64,000 nt of DNA. It comes from an uncultured Methanosarcinaceae archaeon. GTDB lineage: Archaea > Halobacteriota > Methanosarcinia > Methanosarcinales > Methanosarcinaceae. The notes beneath the pieces are model-generated. The model was not told where the DNA came from, searched no databases, and saw only the letters and a list, made by a program, of their open reading frames with translations. Positions within the stretch are counted from its first letter, which is position 1; every line of letters starts with the position of its first letter. Positions 42,592-52,066 of this stretch are shown in pieces. The position numbers were made by a program, and so were the translations under genes. The stretch lies in assembly GCA_963847185.1 (NCBI GenBank), contig CAWJYV010000007.1, positions 128,001 to 192,000 on the forward strand, read 5' to 3'.

Positions 42592-43617
42592 ATGCAAGAT
42601 CTCTGGACTCTAAAATACAGGGTAAATACCCTGGAAGAAATGCTCGGGAATGACAATGCAGTAACCACGCTTTCCGAACTGACCAGGTCCGGGACTCTTC
42701 CCCACCTTATTTTATACGGCCCGGAAAATTCAGGAAAAACGACTGCTTCTCTGGCTCTTGCTCGGAAACTCTATGGAAGTACCTGGAAAAACAATTTTAC
42801 ATACTTCAATGCGTCGGATTTTTTCGATCAGGGAAAACGTTATCTTGTCAGAGATAAGCGTTTTGTGCGTTTTCTCGGTACCGACGATCCTAAGAAAATC
42901 TATAAAAGTGTAATTGATATTTTTAAGGAAATAATCAATGAATATGCTGGAACGGCCTCTATTGACGCCGATTACAAGCTAATCTACATCGACAATGCAG
43001 AGTCTTTGAGTTCAGATGCACAGCACGCTCTCAGGCGAATTATGGAAAAATACAGTGCAACGTGCAGGTTTATTCTTTCTACCACAAAGCCTTCCAGACT
43101 TATCATTCCGCTTCGGTCAAGAGGCCTTCAAATCTTTTTTACGTATGTTTCTGACTCTCTTCTAAAAGCCCATCTTGAGAAGATCTCCTGTGCCGAAAAT
43201 TTGCAGTTTTCAGATGACGCACTTGATGCGATTCTTTATTTTGCTAAAGGAAATGTAGCAAAAGCTATTCAGACTTTACAGCTTGTTTCCCTGAAGGCAC
43301 AAAATTCAGTTGTTAATGAAGATCTCGTATATGAAGCTACTATGAAAGGCAGGGATGAATCCATAGATGAACTGCTTTATGCGGCTCTTTCAGGAGATTT
43401 TTCCAGAGGAAGGCAGCTAATTGACGATATGATAATAGAAAAGGGGCTTTCGGCAACCGAAATACTTGAAGGGCTCTTAGAAGCTCTTGTAGATTCAGGA
43501 GAAAATGATGCAGACACTGCTCGCCTGATAGTAAAAATTTCCGATGCTGATGCCAGACTCGTAAATGCTGCCAATGAGAGAATACAGCTTGAAAAACTGA
43601 TTTCTATTCTCTCCTAA
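42592..43617 (+). CDS. rfcS: replication factor C small subunit (divergent second copy)
   Basis: WTLKYR, GPENSGKTT, FNASD and AQHALRRIMEKYS motifs. Confidence 0.88.
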   Translation: MQDLWTLKYRVNTLEEMLGNDNAVTTLSELTRSGTLPHLILYGPENSGKTTASLALARKLYGSTWKNNFTYFNASDFFDQGKRYLVRDKRFVRFLGTDDPKKIYKSVIDIFKEIINEYAGTASIDADYKLIYIDNAESLSSDAQHALRRIMEKYSATCRFILSTTKPSRLIIPLRSRGLQIFFTYVSDSLLKAHLEKISCAENLQFSDDALDAILYFAKGNVAKAIQTLQLVSLKAQNSVVNEDLVYEATMKGRDESIDELLYAALSGDFSRGRQLIDDMIIEKGLSATEILEGLLEALVDSGENDADTARLIVKISDADARLVNAANERIQLEKLISILS

Positions 43618-43809
43618 CTTCTTTTTTTATAAGTGGGGACTCTGTTCTTATATTCTTTGCTTGACGATAAGTTTCAAAAATTCTATTATATATATACTTC
43701 TATTTTCATTTGTTTGTCGATCGAAATTTATTTATACTATATCCCTAAATCCAATTTTCGATTAGAAAATTATATATACTATTAGTTTTTATCTTTTATT
43801 ACAGAAAGA

Positions 43810-44128
43810 CTTAAAATTAAGGCTTCTCACGAGTTAATTGGCTCAGTATACTCACACGAGCTAAGGCTTAAAGTTCCAGGCTTGTCAGATTGGGTATTCC
43901 TGGATCTAAAGGGTTCAGAGTCTGGTTTTCCTCGAGTAAAAGCCAAGAGTCTTCTTGTAAGAATCCACAAAAATCTCTCCATTGCTCCCTGAATAACTCC
44001 CTCATTTCAGGGAGGCTCATGCTCTTAAGGCAGAATTGTTTACGGTTTGTGGGAAAGGAAAAGATTCTGCCGGATTTCAAAAAAATGTTGCCTGCCTGAA
44101 TTCTTCCTTCAGGCGGGCAAATTTTCTC
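43810..44128 (+). ncRNA. candidate multi-hairpin sRNA
   Basis: TATA-like TTATATAT at ~43770; stems at 43985-44014, 44029-44071 and 44088-44120 followed by ATTTTCT; no credible ORF. Confidence 0.4.
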
Positions 44129-44404
44129 AAAAGTATTTTTCAGCTTTTTTCAAACAGGTAATCTTCAGTTCTTTCAGTACTTGTAGCGTTTCACTGAGTG
44201 ATACAAAACAACTACAAAGAAAACAATAGCAAGCAAGAAACTAAAAAAGACGCCAGGGTCCCAGACAAAGCCTATCCCTTAGCTTCCTTATCCCCGGAAA
44301 CAAGTACGGCTCCCTATATTTTTATATCAGGAATTTTTATATCCGGTTCCCTAAGCTTAAAGATCCTCATAACCAGTAATTTTCTTAAAATATTTCGCCT
44401 AAGT

Positions 44405-44437
44405 AATAAAAAAATTAACCAGCGAGAGCCTCGCTGG
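44405..44437 (-). terminator. mtmB terminator hairpin plus T-run
   Basis: CCAGCGAG-N3-CTCGCTGG stem followed on the - strand by TTAATTTTTTT. Confidence 0.6.
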
Positions 44438-44480
44438 CTTTCAGGTTACCTCAATATAAATTCAGGCTTATATTTTTAAT

Positions 44481-45859
44481 TTAGAATACAAGTCCGAGGT
44501 CTTCGAGCTTCTTTCTTGCCCCATCGTAGACCTGCATGTATTCGTCAGTTGGAGTCACTGTCTTTACGTCGTAGCATTCCTGGAAGGTCTTTCCTGCGGG
44601 TGCGTTTGCGTAATTCTTCTCGTAGAGAGCTACGAGTTTGTCAAGGATTACGTTAATCTCTGCAATATCGACACCGGCAGTTGCTCTTGCAACTTCTCCC
44701 ATCATCCTGGCTTCCATACCAGTTGTCTTGTCAGTTACGACGCCTTTTGCTGACGCAACACCTGAGAGGATTTCTCTTCCTGATGCAGTGTCAGTAATGG
44801 ACTGGGCTGAAGCTTCAAGAAGACACATCTCAGTACACGGACCTGCACATGGGTAGTACTGGTTTCCTGAGAGAATATCTGTAAACTCGGAAATTGTTGC
44901 ACATGCCCATCCTGCGATTATCAGGGTTTCCCTGGTGTTGGTTGACCCCCAGCGGATGTGGACAGGGCCGTCAAGGTGCCAGCTAGCGCTGCTCATGACA
45001 ACGGAGTTAATGTGGGTTGCAATGTCAACGATTGTGGTTTCTTCAATTCCGCCTGCATACCCTCCGAAAATCGGCATCTGTTCATCCATAATGATGTCGC
45101 TGTTTCCTTTGTAGTGAGCAATAACAGCGATTGCATCAAGATCGATCTTGAGTTCATTTAGCTGAGAGACTTCGTGGCTGTCCGTGGAGCCATCTGGCCG
45201 CCAACGCAGTCAGATGATATATTTCCCTGAGCAGACAGGGAAGTCTCTGGGCCCTATATGCCCATGCCTGGGCGGCCTGCCATTGCGCATGCCTGCTTAA
45301 TCAGGCGGGTTTCTGTCTTTGCGGCAAGTACTTCATATGGGCTGCCTGGTATAGGAGGCTTTCCACGAACAGAAGTCATGACCCCATCTACGATTGTGTC
45401 AACTTCCTTTTCTAGAGCATAGCTCATGTGAACAGGCATGAACACATCTTCGGAAATCGGAGAGCCAGTAGGGCCGCCCTGGACGATGGGCTTTCTCCTG
45501 TCTCCAACGCTTCTCTTCCTTACGTTTACTGCTTCTCTGCCTGTACCGAGGGTAAATTCTTTCTGGACATTGTTGATTGCGTCCCAGATTTCAGCTTCAG
45601 TGTACTTTACGATCCTGTGTGTGTCGGTACAGTAAATACCGCAGTCAAGGAGCATCTCGAAGCCTGCATTGAAGAGTTTTTCCATCATATCCCTGTCCGT
45701 AGGAATAAACTCTCCTTTGAAGTCAAGCCCGTACTTATGCTTGAGCTCCATTGCCTTCATTGGGATCTTCATAAGGTCCCAGTCATCCTGGGTGCATTTT
45801 TCTCCTACTTTTGCTCTGTCGTAGAAGTCATAGCAGTCAACTGATTTCCTAAAAGTCAT
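44481..45859 (-). CDS. mtmB: monomethylamine:corrinoid methyltransferase, pyrrolysine-containing (with a +2 indel at ~45190)
   Basis: MTFRKSVDCYDFYDRA...AGRPGMGI-(TAG)-GPETSLSAQGN... The span is 1379 nt versus 1377 nt for a 458-aa MtmB; the frame breaks ~65 nt after the TAG. Confidence 0.93.
45254..45256 (-). other. in-frame UAG (codon 202) decoded as pyrrolysine
   Basis: Position and context GMGI-O-GPETS match Pyl202 of MtmB; pyl genes lie nearby. Confidence 0.95.
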
Positions 45860-45879
45860 CGTATTTTGCCTCCTCAGGA

Positions 45880-46533
45880 TTATTTCATAACATCGAGTGC
45901 AACCTTTGCAGCTTCTGCAGCATTTTCTGCAGTTGCGTCAGCTCCGATTTCTGTAATCCATTTATCGGATACTGGAGCTCCTCCGAACATGCACTTTACA
46001 CTGTCCCTGAGGTTTTCTTCCCTGAGCCTGTCCATGAGATCTTTCTGGCCGAGCATGGAAGTGGTCATGAGGGCAGAGCCTACCAGGAGAATCTTTTCTC
46101 CCTTGTGCTTTGCGGCTTCTTCAACAACGGTTTCGTTAAGGACGTCAACTCCAAGGTCAAGGATCTGGAAACCGTTTGCTCCGAGCATGGTAGTAACAAG
46201 CCTGTGCCCAATATCGTGAATATCTCCTTCTGCAACAAAAGTGATCGCAAGTCCAGTTTCATCTCCTTCTTTCTTGTTCTTCGCAAGTTCAGGAGTGAGG
46301 ACTTCCATTGCATTGCTCATTGCCTTTCCAGACATCATGATTTGAGGCAGAAATACTTCGGCGGCTTCGAACTTGTCACCAACGATTTTCATTCCAACGG
46401 AAAGACCTTTTGTAATAATGTCAATAGGTGGAATTCCTGCAGCTAGGGCTTCCTTGCATAACTGTGCAGTGCCTGCGACGTTCTGATTTACGATCGCATC
46501 GCGTAACTTATCAAAAATCTCTTGATTTGCCAT
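45880..46533 (-). CDS. mtmC: monomethylamine corrinoid protein
   Basis: MANQEIFD..., EGDIHDIGH B12-binding motif, GSALMTTS; GGAGGT SD. Confidence 0.95.
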   Translation of the reverse strand: MANQEIFDKLRDAIVNQNVAGTAQLCKEALAAGIPPIDIITKGLSVGMKIVGDKFEAAEVFLPQIMMSGKAMSNAMEVLTPELAKNKKEGDETGLAITFVAEGDIHDIGHRLVTTMLGANGFQILDLGVDVLNETVVEEAAKHKGEKILLVGSALMTTSMLGQKDLMDRLREENLRDSVKCMFGGAPVSDKWITEIGADATAENAAEAAKVALDVMK

Positions 46534-46559
46534 TTTTAAACCTCCATCGAATTCGCTGT

Positions 46560-46679
46560 TTATGCGGTGTCGTTGGGATGCACAATGTCTCTGAATCTCT
46601 GTGGAGTGGACAATTCTCGCAAAGGTTTGACTGCCTATATATAGGCCCAAGCTCCGCTAGCTAAAAAAAGCATTCGCAT
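46560..46679 (-). other. putative amber-containing upstream ORF in the mtmC leader (39 codons, TAG at codon 15)
   Basis: ATG 46679 after AAGGA; MRMLFLASGAWAYI-(TAG)-AVKPLRELSTPQRFRDIVHPNDTA-TAA. Confidence 0.25.
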
Positions 46680-47373
46680 GGGGTCCTTACTCTGGTGCAA
46701 ATCCCTGCTGCCTTATTTCAGCCATTAGGCATAGGGGACTTCCTTTACAGGATTTAATTGTCCATAAAAAATTATTCACTGCCATTTGCCATTTCTAATC
46801 TGAACAGCGTCCAGATATTTGTGAATAATTTCTTTCTCCTGACATTGCTACCTGGGAATTTATTCGCTGGGGACTGCAAATTGATTCATTTTCCAGTCGA
46901 ATTAGCAACTAATGTCCCAAATTTTCCCAAACAGTATACCTGCTGGAACTGCGAAAGGAATTTTCCTGAGTATCCAGACATAAATTCCTATATCAAAGAT
47001 GAAAATTATACTATATAAAGAAACACTATCTTTCTGTATTAGATGATGTATTCGAGAACTTTAATCGATGGTTTTTTTCCATTGTAGTGCCCAAAATTTG
47101 GGTGTCCATTTACTTTTTTTTGTTAAGTCCCTTGGGTGAATCTAAAAAAACGAAAATTATATATATTATATATCTGCGAATATCGAGATTTGCCATAAAA
47201 AATGGATTCATTGGCTTTGATATTTTTTAAGCAGCATATTTCTCATAGAGAAAACTTTAAATATCAATTCGTTTTCTTCGCGTGTGAGCTGGAGCAAATT
47301 GAAACAAGCTTCCGGAAAATTTGAGAGTTGAATACTCAAAATAAGACTTTTTCAGGCCGACTAAAAATTAAGT

Positions 47374-47405
47374 AAAAAAAAGTGAAGCCGGCCTACATGC
47401 CGGCT
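47374..47405 (-). terminator. mtbA terminator hairpin plus T-run
   Basis: AGCCGGC-N6-GCCGGCT followed on the - strand by TCACTTTTTTTT. Confidence 0.6.
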
Positions 47406-47483
47406 GTTTAATTCCAAATTTATTGAGATTTTTAATTTTGAAACTTTTAATATTAATCAGTACATTGCTCAGCAGGGCATTGT

Positions 47484-48503
47484 TCAGTACTTGTAGTTTT
47501 TGGCACATTCAACCATCTTACGGAGGTTGGCAGTCGGGGTCATGCTGACGATTCCGCAACCAGCGGTGAGCAGCCCGACACCTGCGTCGAGTACCTTCTT
47601 TGAAGCGTTAGCTACATCCTCAGGAGTCCCATTCCAGAGCACGGCTACAGGGTCAAGGTTTCCGACAATGATTGCATTTTCCACGTTGCCTGTTGCGGTC
47701 TTAATGTCTACCCTCTGATCTACGCTGATCCCGTTTACTCCGGTCTTGTCCATAATTCCAAGGCCGTTGGTGGTGTTTCCGCAAATGTGAAGAACCGTAG
47801 CTACATCAAGTTCCTTCATTGCATCAACTATTTTCTTCTGGTAAGGAAGAGCATATTTCTCATAAAACTCTCCGCCGATAAGCTCATAGCTCGCTGTGGG
47901 GTCAATGATAGCTATGGTATCAGCGCCATTTTCAACCATTGCTTTTGCATATGCCACATTGAAGTCTGAGCAGAAGTCCAGAAGTGCAGGAACGATGTCT
48001 TCTCCGGTGAAAAGGTTTCCGAACCAGGCATCTCCGTTGATGTGCTGGGCAAGGGAGAAGGGACCGATCATGGAGCCTATTATGGGGAGTTCTTTTCCGT
48101 ATTTCTCGGAAAGGATCTTTACAGCTTCAAGGATTAATCCAACTCTGCCTTCTTTCAGGTTGTAATCTTTTATTTTGTCCAGATCTTCAAGGTTTTTAAC
48201 AACATGCTTGACAACAGAGGGCTGCTGCTTCAGGTCGCCAGCCTTTATTCCGCAGCCAAAAAGCTCTGCTTCAGCTGTAATGTCAAAGGGGACTCTTACA
48301 GCTTCAAAGCCTGCAACAGTGTGCCCTGCTTCCGCAAGAGTTGCCATTTTCTCTGCGTCTGCGTGGGCTTCTGGCCAGTAGGCTCCGCATGCTTCCATCT
48401 GTTCTACAGTTGCTGTCTGGGTAAAACAGACTGCAGGCATTCTGTCTACTGGCTGTTTTCGTAATGCTCGGTATAATCTTTCTTTTGGTGTATATTCTGT
48501 CAT
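47484..48503 (-). CDS. mtbA: methylcobamide:CoM methyltransferase (methylamine-specific MT2-A)
   Basis: [22 protein letters not shown] and AGCG Zn ligands; adjacent to mtmCB. Confidence 0.93.
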   Translation of the reverse strand: MTEYTPKERLYRALRKQPVDRMPAVCFTQTATVEQMEACGAYWPEAHADAEKMATLAEAGHTVAGFEAVRVPFDITAEAELFGCGIKAGDLKQQPSVVKHVVKNLEDLDKIKDYNLKEGRVGLILEAVKILSEKYGKELPIIGSMIGPFSLAQHINGDAWFGNLFTGEDIVPALLDFCSDFNVAYAKAMVENGADTIAIIDPTASYELIGGEFYEKYALPYQKKIVDAMKELDVATVLHICGNTTNGLGIMDKTGVNGISVDQRVDIKTATGNVENAIIVGNLDPVAVLWNGTPEDVANASKKVLDAGVGLLTAGCGIVSMTPTANLRKMVECAKNYKY

Positions 48504-48826
48504 CTATAATCCCTCTCTAAGTTATATAGACAGCCCTATTTCAAAAATCCATACTATAAATAAATATGTATTTTTATTTCTTTATTAAAGACTATTTTAT
48601 AAAAATTAACTAAATAAATCCCTCTGATAAGCTGATAATTTCTTTAAAACAAGTAAATTTGTTTTATTCATACTAGCTGTGTAGAAAGTTTAAAATATCT
48701 GGTCATTTGCGGCTTTAACTAATGTTTTGTTGATTCTCAAATTATTAATTTTGGAAAAGATAAATTAAGAAGAAAATGAATTAAGGTATTGTTGAGAAGA
48801 AATTAAGATCTAATGAAGGAAAATAG

Positions 48827-49426
48827 ATGCACCTTTATGTTATTTATGCTCATCCAAGCAAATTCTCTTTTACTTATGAAGTTTTACATTCATTTTTAAA
48901 TGGTCTAAGTGAATCACTTACCACTTTTGAAATAGGCGACCTTTATGAAATGAACTTTAAATGTGAACTGGATATAGACCAATATACACGCGAAGTGAGT
49001 AGAAAGGCATTAATGCCAGTTCCTGATGACGTAAAAAAGGAGCAGGAGAAAATACAGAAGTCTGATGCACTGGTGTTTATTTATCCAGTATGGTGGAGCG
49101 ATTGTCCCTGTATATTAAAAGGCTGGTTTGATCGAGTTTGGTCAAACGGCTACGCTTATTTTTATGATGAAAATGAAGGAAGAAAATCATTCATTAAACC
49201 AAAAAAAGCATTGGTGATATGTACAGCTGGTCATACAGTTGAATATCTTGAAGAAACCGGAATTACTAAAAGTATGCGCTGTATTATGCTTAAAGACCGT
49301 TTGAATAATGTTGGTTTTACAGATGTGAAAATGGAAATACTGGGTGGCATGGCGAACAAAAATGATTTCATAAAAAGTTCAAACCTGGAAAAAGCATATA
49401 ATTTAGGTGTAAACTTTTTTTCTTAA
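48827..49426 (+). CDS. flavodoxin-like NAD(P)H dehydrogenase (MdaB/KefF-like)
   Basis: YAHPSKFSFT and FIYPVWWSDCPCILKGWFDRVW motifs. Confidence 0.88.
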   Translation: MHLYVIYAHPSKFSFTYEVLHSFLNGLSESLTTFEIGDLYEMNFKCELDIDQYTREVSRKALMPVPDDVKKEQEKIQKSDALVFIYPVWWSDCPCILKGWFDRVWSNGYAYFYDENEGRKSFIKPKKALVICTAGHTVEYLEETGITKSMRCIMLKDRLNNVGFTDVKMEILGGMANKNDFIKSSNLEKAYNLGVNFFS

Positions 49427-49493
49427 CAGGAGAATTATTTCTGCCTATTCAAAGTTGTGAAGTTCTGTTTAAGGTAATACAGGGTGGGATATA

Positions 49494-50999
49494 GTGAGTG
49501 GAATTATCAATTCTGATACAGTCATAGTTGGAGGGGGAATCACAGGTCTTTATACCTGTTATAAACTAAAACAGTTAAAAGGTATTGATCATACTATTTC
49601 CTTGTTTGAAGGTACAAATCGTTTTGGAGGACGAATTGAGACCGTGGAAATGGGTGGGTTTTTGGCAGAATATGGTCCGATGCGATTTGAGAAGATGGCC
49701 CAGCCCCTTCTCATGAACCTTATAGCTGAGCTTGGTCTGGAGACAAAATACTTCGTTCCCTATGCAGCAGCAAGTGATTCAGATTCTCTTTTTGATTTAA
49801 CATATGATGAATCAGAAGGCAAGCATCATGGGAGTAAATTGACTGCTCTTGAGATTTTAAAACTGGGCATTTTACGCCTTTTGAATGCAAGTAGCGGTAA
49901 TATGGATGATCCTGATGATCCTCGACATCTGGAGTGGTGGGCTACTCTTGATGAAGGGTATTACGGTTATGTGCGTAATAAGGCTGTGTATAACGGTAAA
50001 TATCTCTATCAAATGGGTTTCTGGAACGCACTCAGTCTTGTTCTTAGCCACCGTGCGGTAAATAAGATTATCCATTATGGGACATTTTACCATCTTATTC
50101 ACTTTAACCCCAACGCAGCAGAGTGGATTATTTTCTGGTTGCGTGGATTACATCCTAAAGACGAGCTGGTCGGTATAGCGCAAGGGACAGAATCTCTTGT
50201 TCGTGAGTTAGTTCGCAGATTGGATTCTGTATCAGAACCTTCTGTCTCGCTTCATCTTAATCACAGATTAACAACCCTCTTTTCCCAAGCTGATGGACGG
50301 ATTTTACTGGAATTCAAGAATGACGATAATACAGTTAAAGTACTGGCAAAGAATGTTGTGCTGGCATTACCTCATTATCCTTTGATGCAACTTTGTCCTC
50401 ATTTACCTGGGTATATTGGAGAGCTGGTAGATTCTGTAATCCCTATCCCATTAGCAAAATGTTTTTTTGTAAACGAAAATCCCTGGTGGGATGAGTCCAC
50501 ACCACCACAGACAGGAGTCTCATCTACTCCAGCAAGGGAAATCCATTATGCTGTTAAGAGGGACAGAGGTAATAAACGCGGGATTGTTATGGTTTATGGT
50601 GACTTCCCCAGTATGAATTACTGGACGCCGTTTGTAAAACAACAAGAGCATTTAAAAGCAGAACTAAATCTTGATCAACGCCTTGTTGAAGGCTATCTTC
50701 AGTATTTACGATCAAACCCTGATAATACAGACATTGAAGGAATAGGCGCAGAAGCTGAATTAATTAGTTGTTTCGGTATCCGGGATTGGAGTCGAAAGCC
50801 CTTTGAGGCTGGTTGTCATGTCTGGAAAGCTGGGGTCCATGTTGACGAGGCAATAAAAGAGTTAACTGCATTCTCATTAGATGGTGCTTCAATACCAACT
50901 AAAAATGTTCATATTTGCGGTGAGGCTTACTCCGACTTTCAGGGTTTCATCGAAGGAAGTTTGCGTACATCCTTGCAAGCTATAAAGCATATCATTTGA
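49494..50999 (+). CDS. flavin-containing monoamine / L-amino-acid oxidase family protein
   Basis: IVGGGITGL, FEGTNRFGGRIET, EYGPMRF and HICGEAYSDFQGFIEGSL motifs. Confidence 0.85.
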   Translation: MSGIINSDTVIVGGGITGLYTCYKLKQLKGIDHTISLFEGTNRFGGRIETVEMGGFLAEYGPMRFEKMAQPLLMNLIAELGLETKYFVPYAAASDSDSLFDLTYDESEGKHHGSKLTALEILKLGILRLLNASSGNMDDPDDPRHLEWWATLDEGYYGYVRNKAVYNGKYLYQMGFWNALSLVLSHRAVNKIIHYGTFYHLIHFNPNAAEWIIFWLRGLHPKDELVGIAQGTESLVRELVRRLDSVSEPSVSLHLNHRLTTLFSQADGRILLEFKNDDNTVKVLAKNVVLALPHYPLMQLCPHLPGYIGELVDSVIPIPLAKCFFVNENPWWDESTPPQTGVSSTPAREIHYAVKRDRGNKRGIVMVYGDFPSMNYWTPFVKQQEHLKAELNLDQRLVEGYLQYLRSNPDNTDIEGIGAEAELISCFGIRDWSRKPFEAGCHVWKAGVHVDEAIKELTAFSLDGASIPTKNVHICGEAYSDFQGFIEGSLRTSLQAIKHII

Positions 51000-51154
51000 A
51001 GCTTAATTTCCCTGATATTTATACGATTTTGAGTAGTTGTTGGATACTCGCTATTTCTCCCTTTGTTTGCCTATAACCATCTGGAAGTGCATAAAAATAA
51101 CAATTACCAGCAGGAATGGCATCTTCTAACTAGATAGCTATCAGAGGAGCCGAT

Positions 51155-51856
51155 ATGAAACAATATCCAAAATGGTATTATGATGAATTCAAACAAGTTG
51201 GAACTGATTATTCAAATATCGAAGAGGTATACGCTTATGATTTACGCATGCAGAAATTAAGAGATACTGAATACGAATCTAACTGCATCCGAGAGCTTCT
51301 TAGAATAAAGAAGAACGATTTAGTTCTTGAAATTGGAACGGGAACAGGAGAATTAGCTCTCAATATTTCAACGCATTGTAGACAGGTTGTCGCTATTGAT
51401 GTTTCGGAAACGATGATAAACTTTGCAAGAATGAAGGCTAAAGCCCAAAATAAAACAAATATACAGTTTTGTAATGCTGGTTTTTTGACATACGAAAATT
51501 GTGATGAACCGTTTGATATTATTATTACTCAGTTAGCCTTGCACCACCTTCCCGACTATTGGAAAATGATTGCCTTGAGACGAATTTATGATACGTTAAA
51601 GAAAGATGGAAAATTCTATTTGAATGACGTGGTATTTCCTTCCTCAATCCAAAATTATGATAGTTATTTTGCTAAAATCATTAATGATCTGGATAAATCT
51701 GCAGGAGATGAAATCGCTCTAGAGACTGAAACGCACATAAGAGAAGAATTTTCAACGCTGGATTGGATTATGGAAGGTCTGCTTAAAAATGTGGGATTCT
51801 GTATTGAGTATGTTAAACACGAAGGATTTATGGCAAGTTACATTTGCAAAAAATAA
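51155..51856 (+). CDS. class I SAM-dependent methyltransferase
   Basis: VLEIGTGTG, AIDVS, FDII...LHHLP and LKKDG motifs. Confidence 0.88.
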   Translation: MKQYPKWYYDEFKQVGTDYSNIEEVYAYDLRMQKLRDTEYESNCIRELLRIKKNDLVLEIGTGTGELALNISTHCRQVVAIDVSETMINFARMKAKAQNKTNIQFCNAGFLTYENCDEPFDIIITQLALHHLPDYWKMIALRRIYDTLKKDGKFYLNDVVFPSSIQNYDSYFAKIINDLDKSAGDEIALETETHIREEFSTLDWIMEGLLKNVGFCIEYVKHEGFMASYICKK

Positions 51857-52066
51857 CTTATTTGGAATTGGAATAGCTTGAAATTCAAGCAATAGTAATA
51901 GTTTATATAATTTATAAGTTCTAATTTACATAATTAGCAAGTTCTAAAAATATTGCATCCTTTTCCTGTGTCGAATTAGAATCAAACCCCCATATCCCAT
52001 CCTTTTTCGGGGCAGCCATGGTGCCGGGCTCCTCGAGATTATGTTCACTATCGGAGGATCTAAAAA

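Noticed and set aside
45254-45859. mtmB as two separate genes or a nonsense pseudogene at the TAG
   Set aside because: The TAG is the conserved Pyl202 codon; only the downstream +2 indel is anomalous.
46534-46650. 39-aa N-terminal extension of MtmC in the ORF track
   Set aside because: A strong GGAGGT SD precedes ATG 46533 and the known protein begins MANQEIF.
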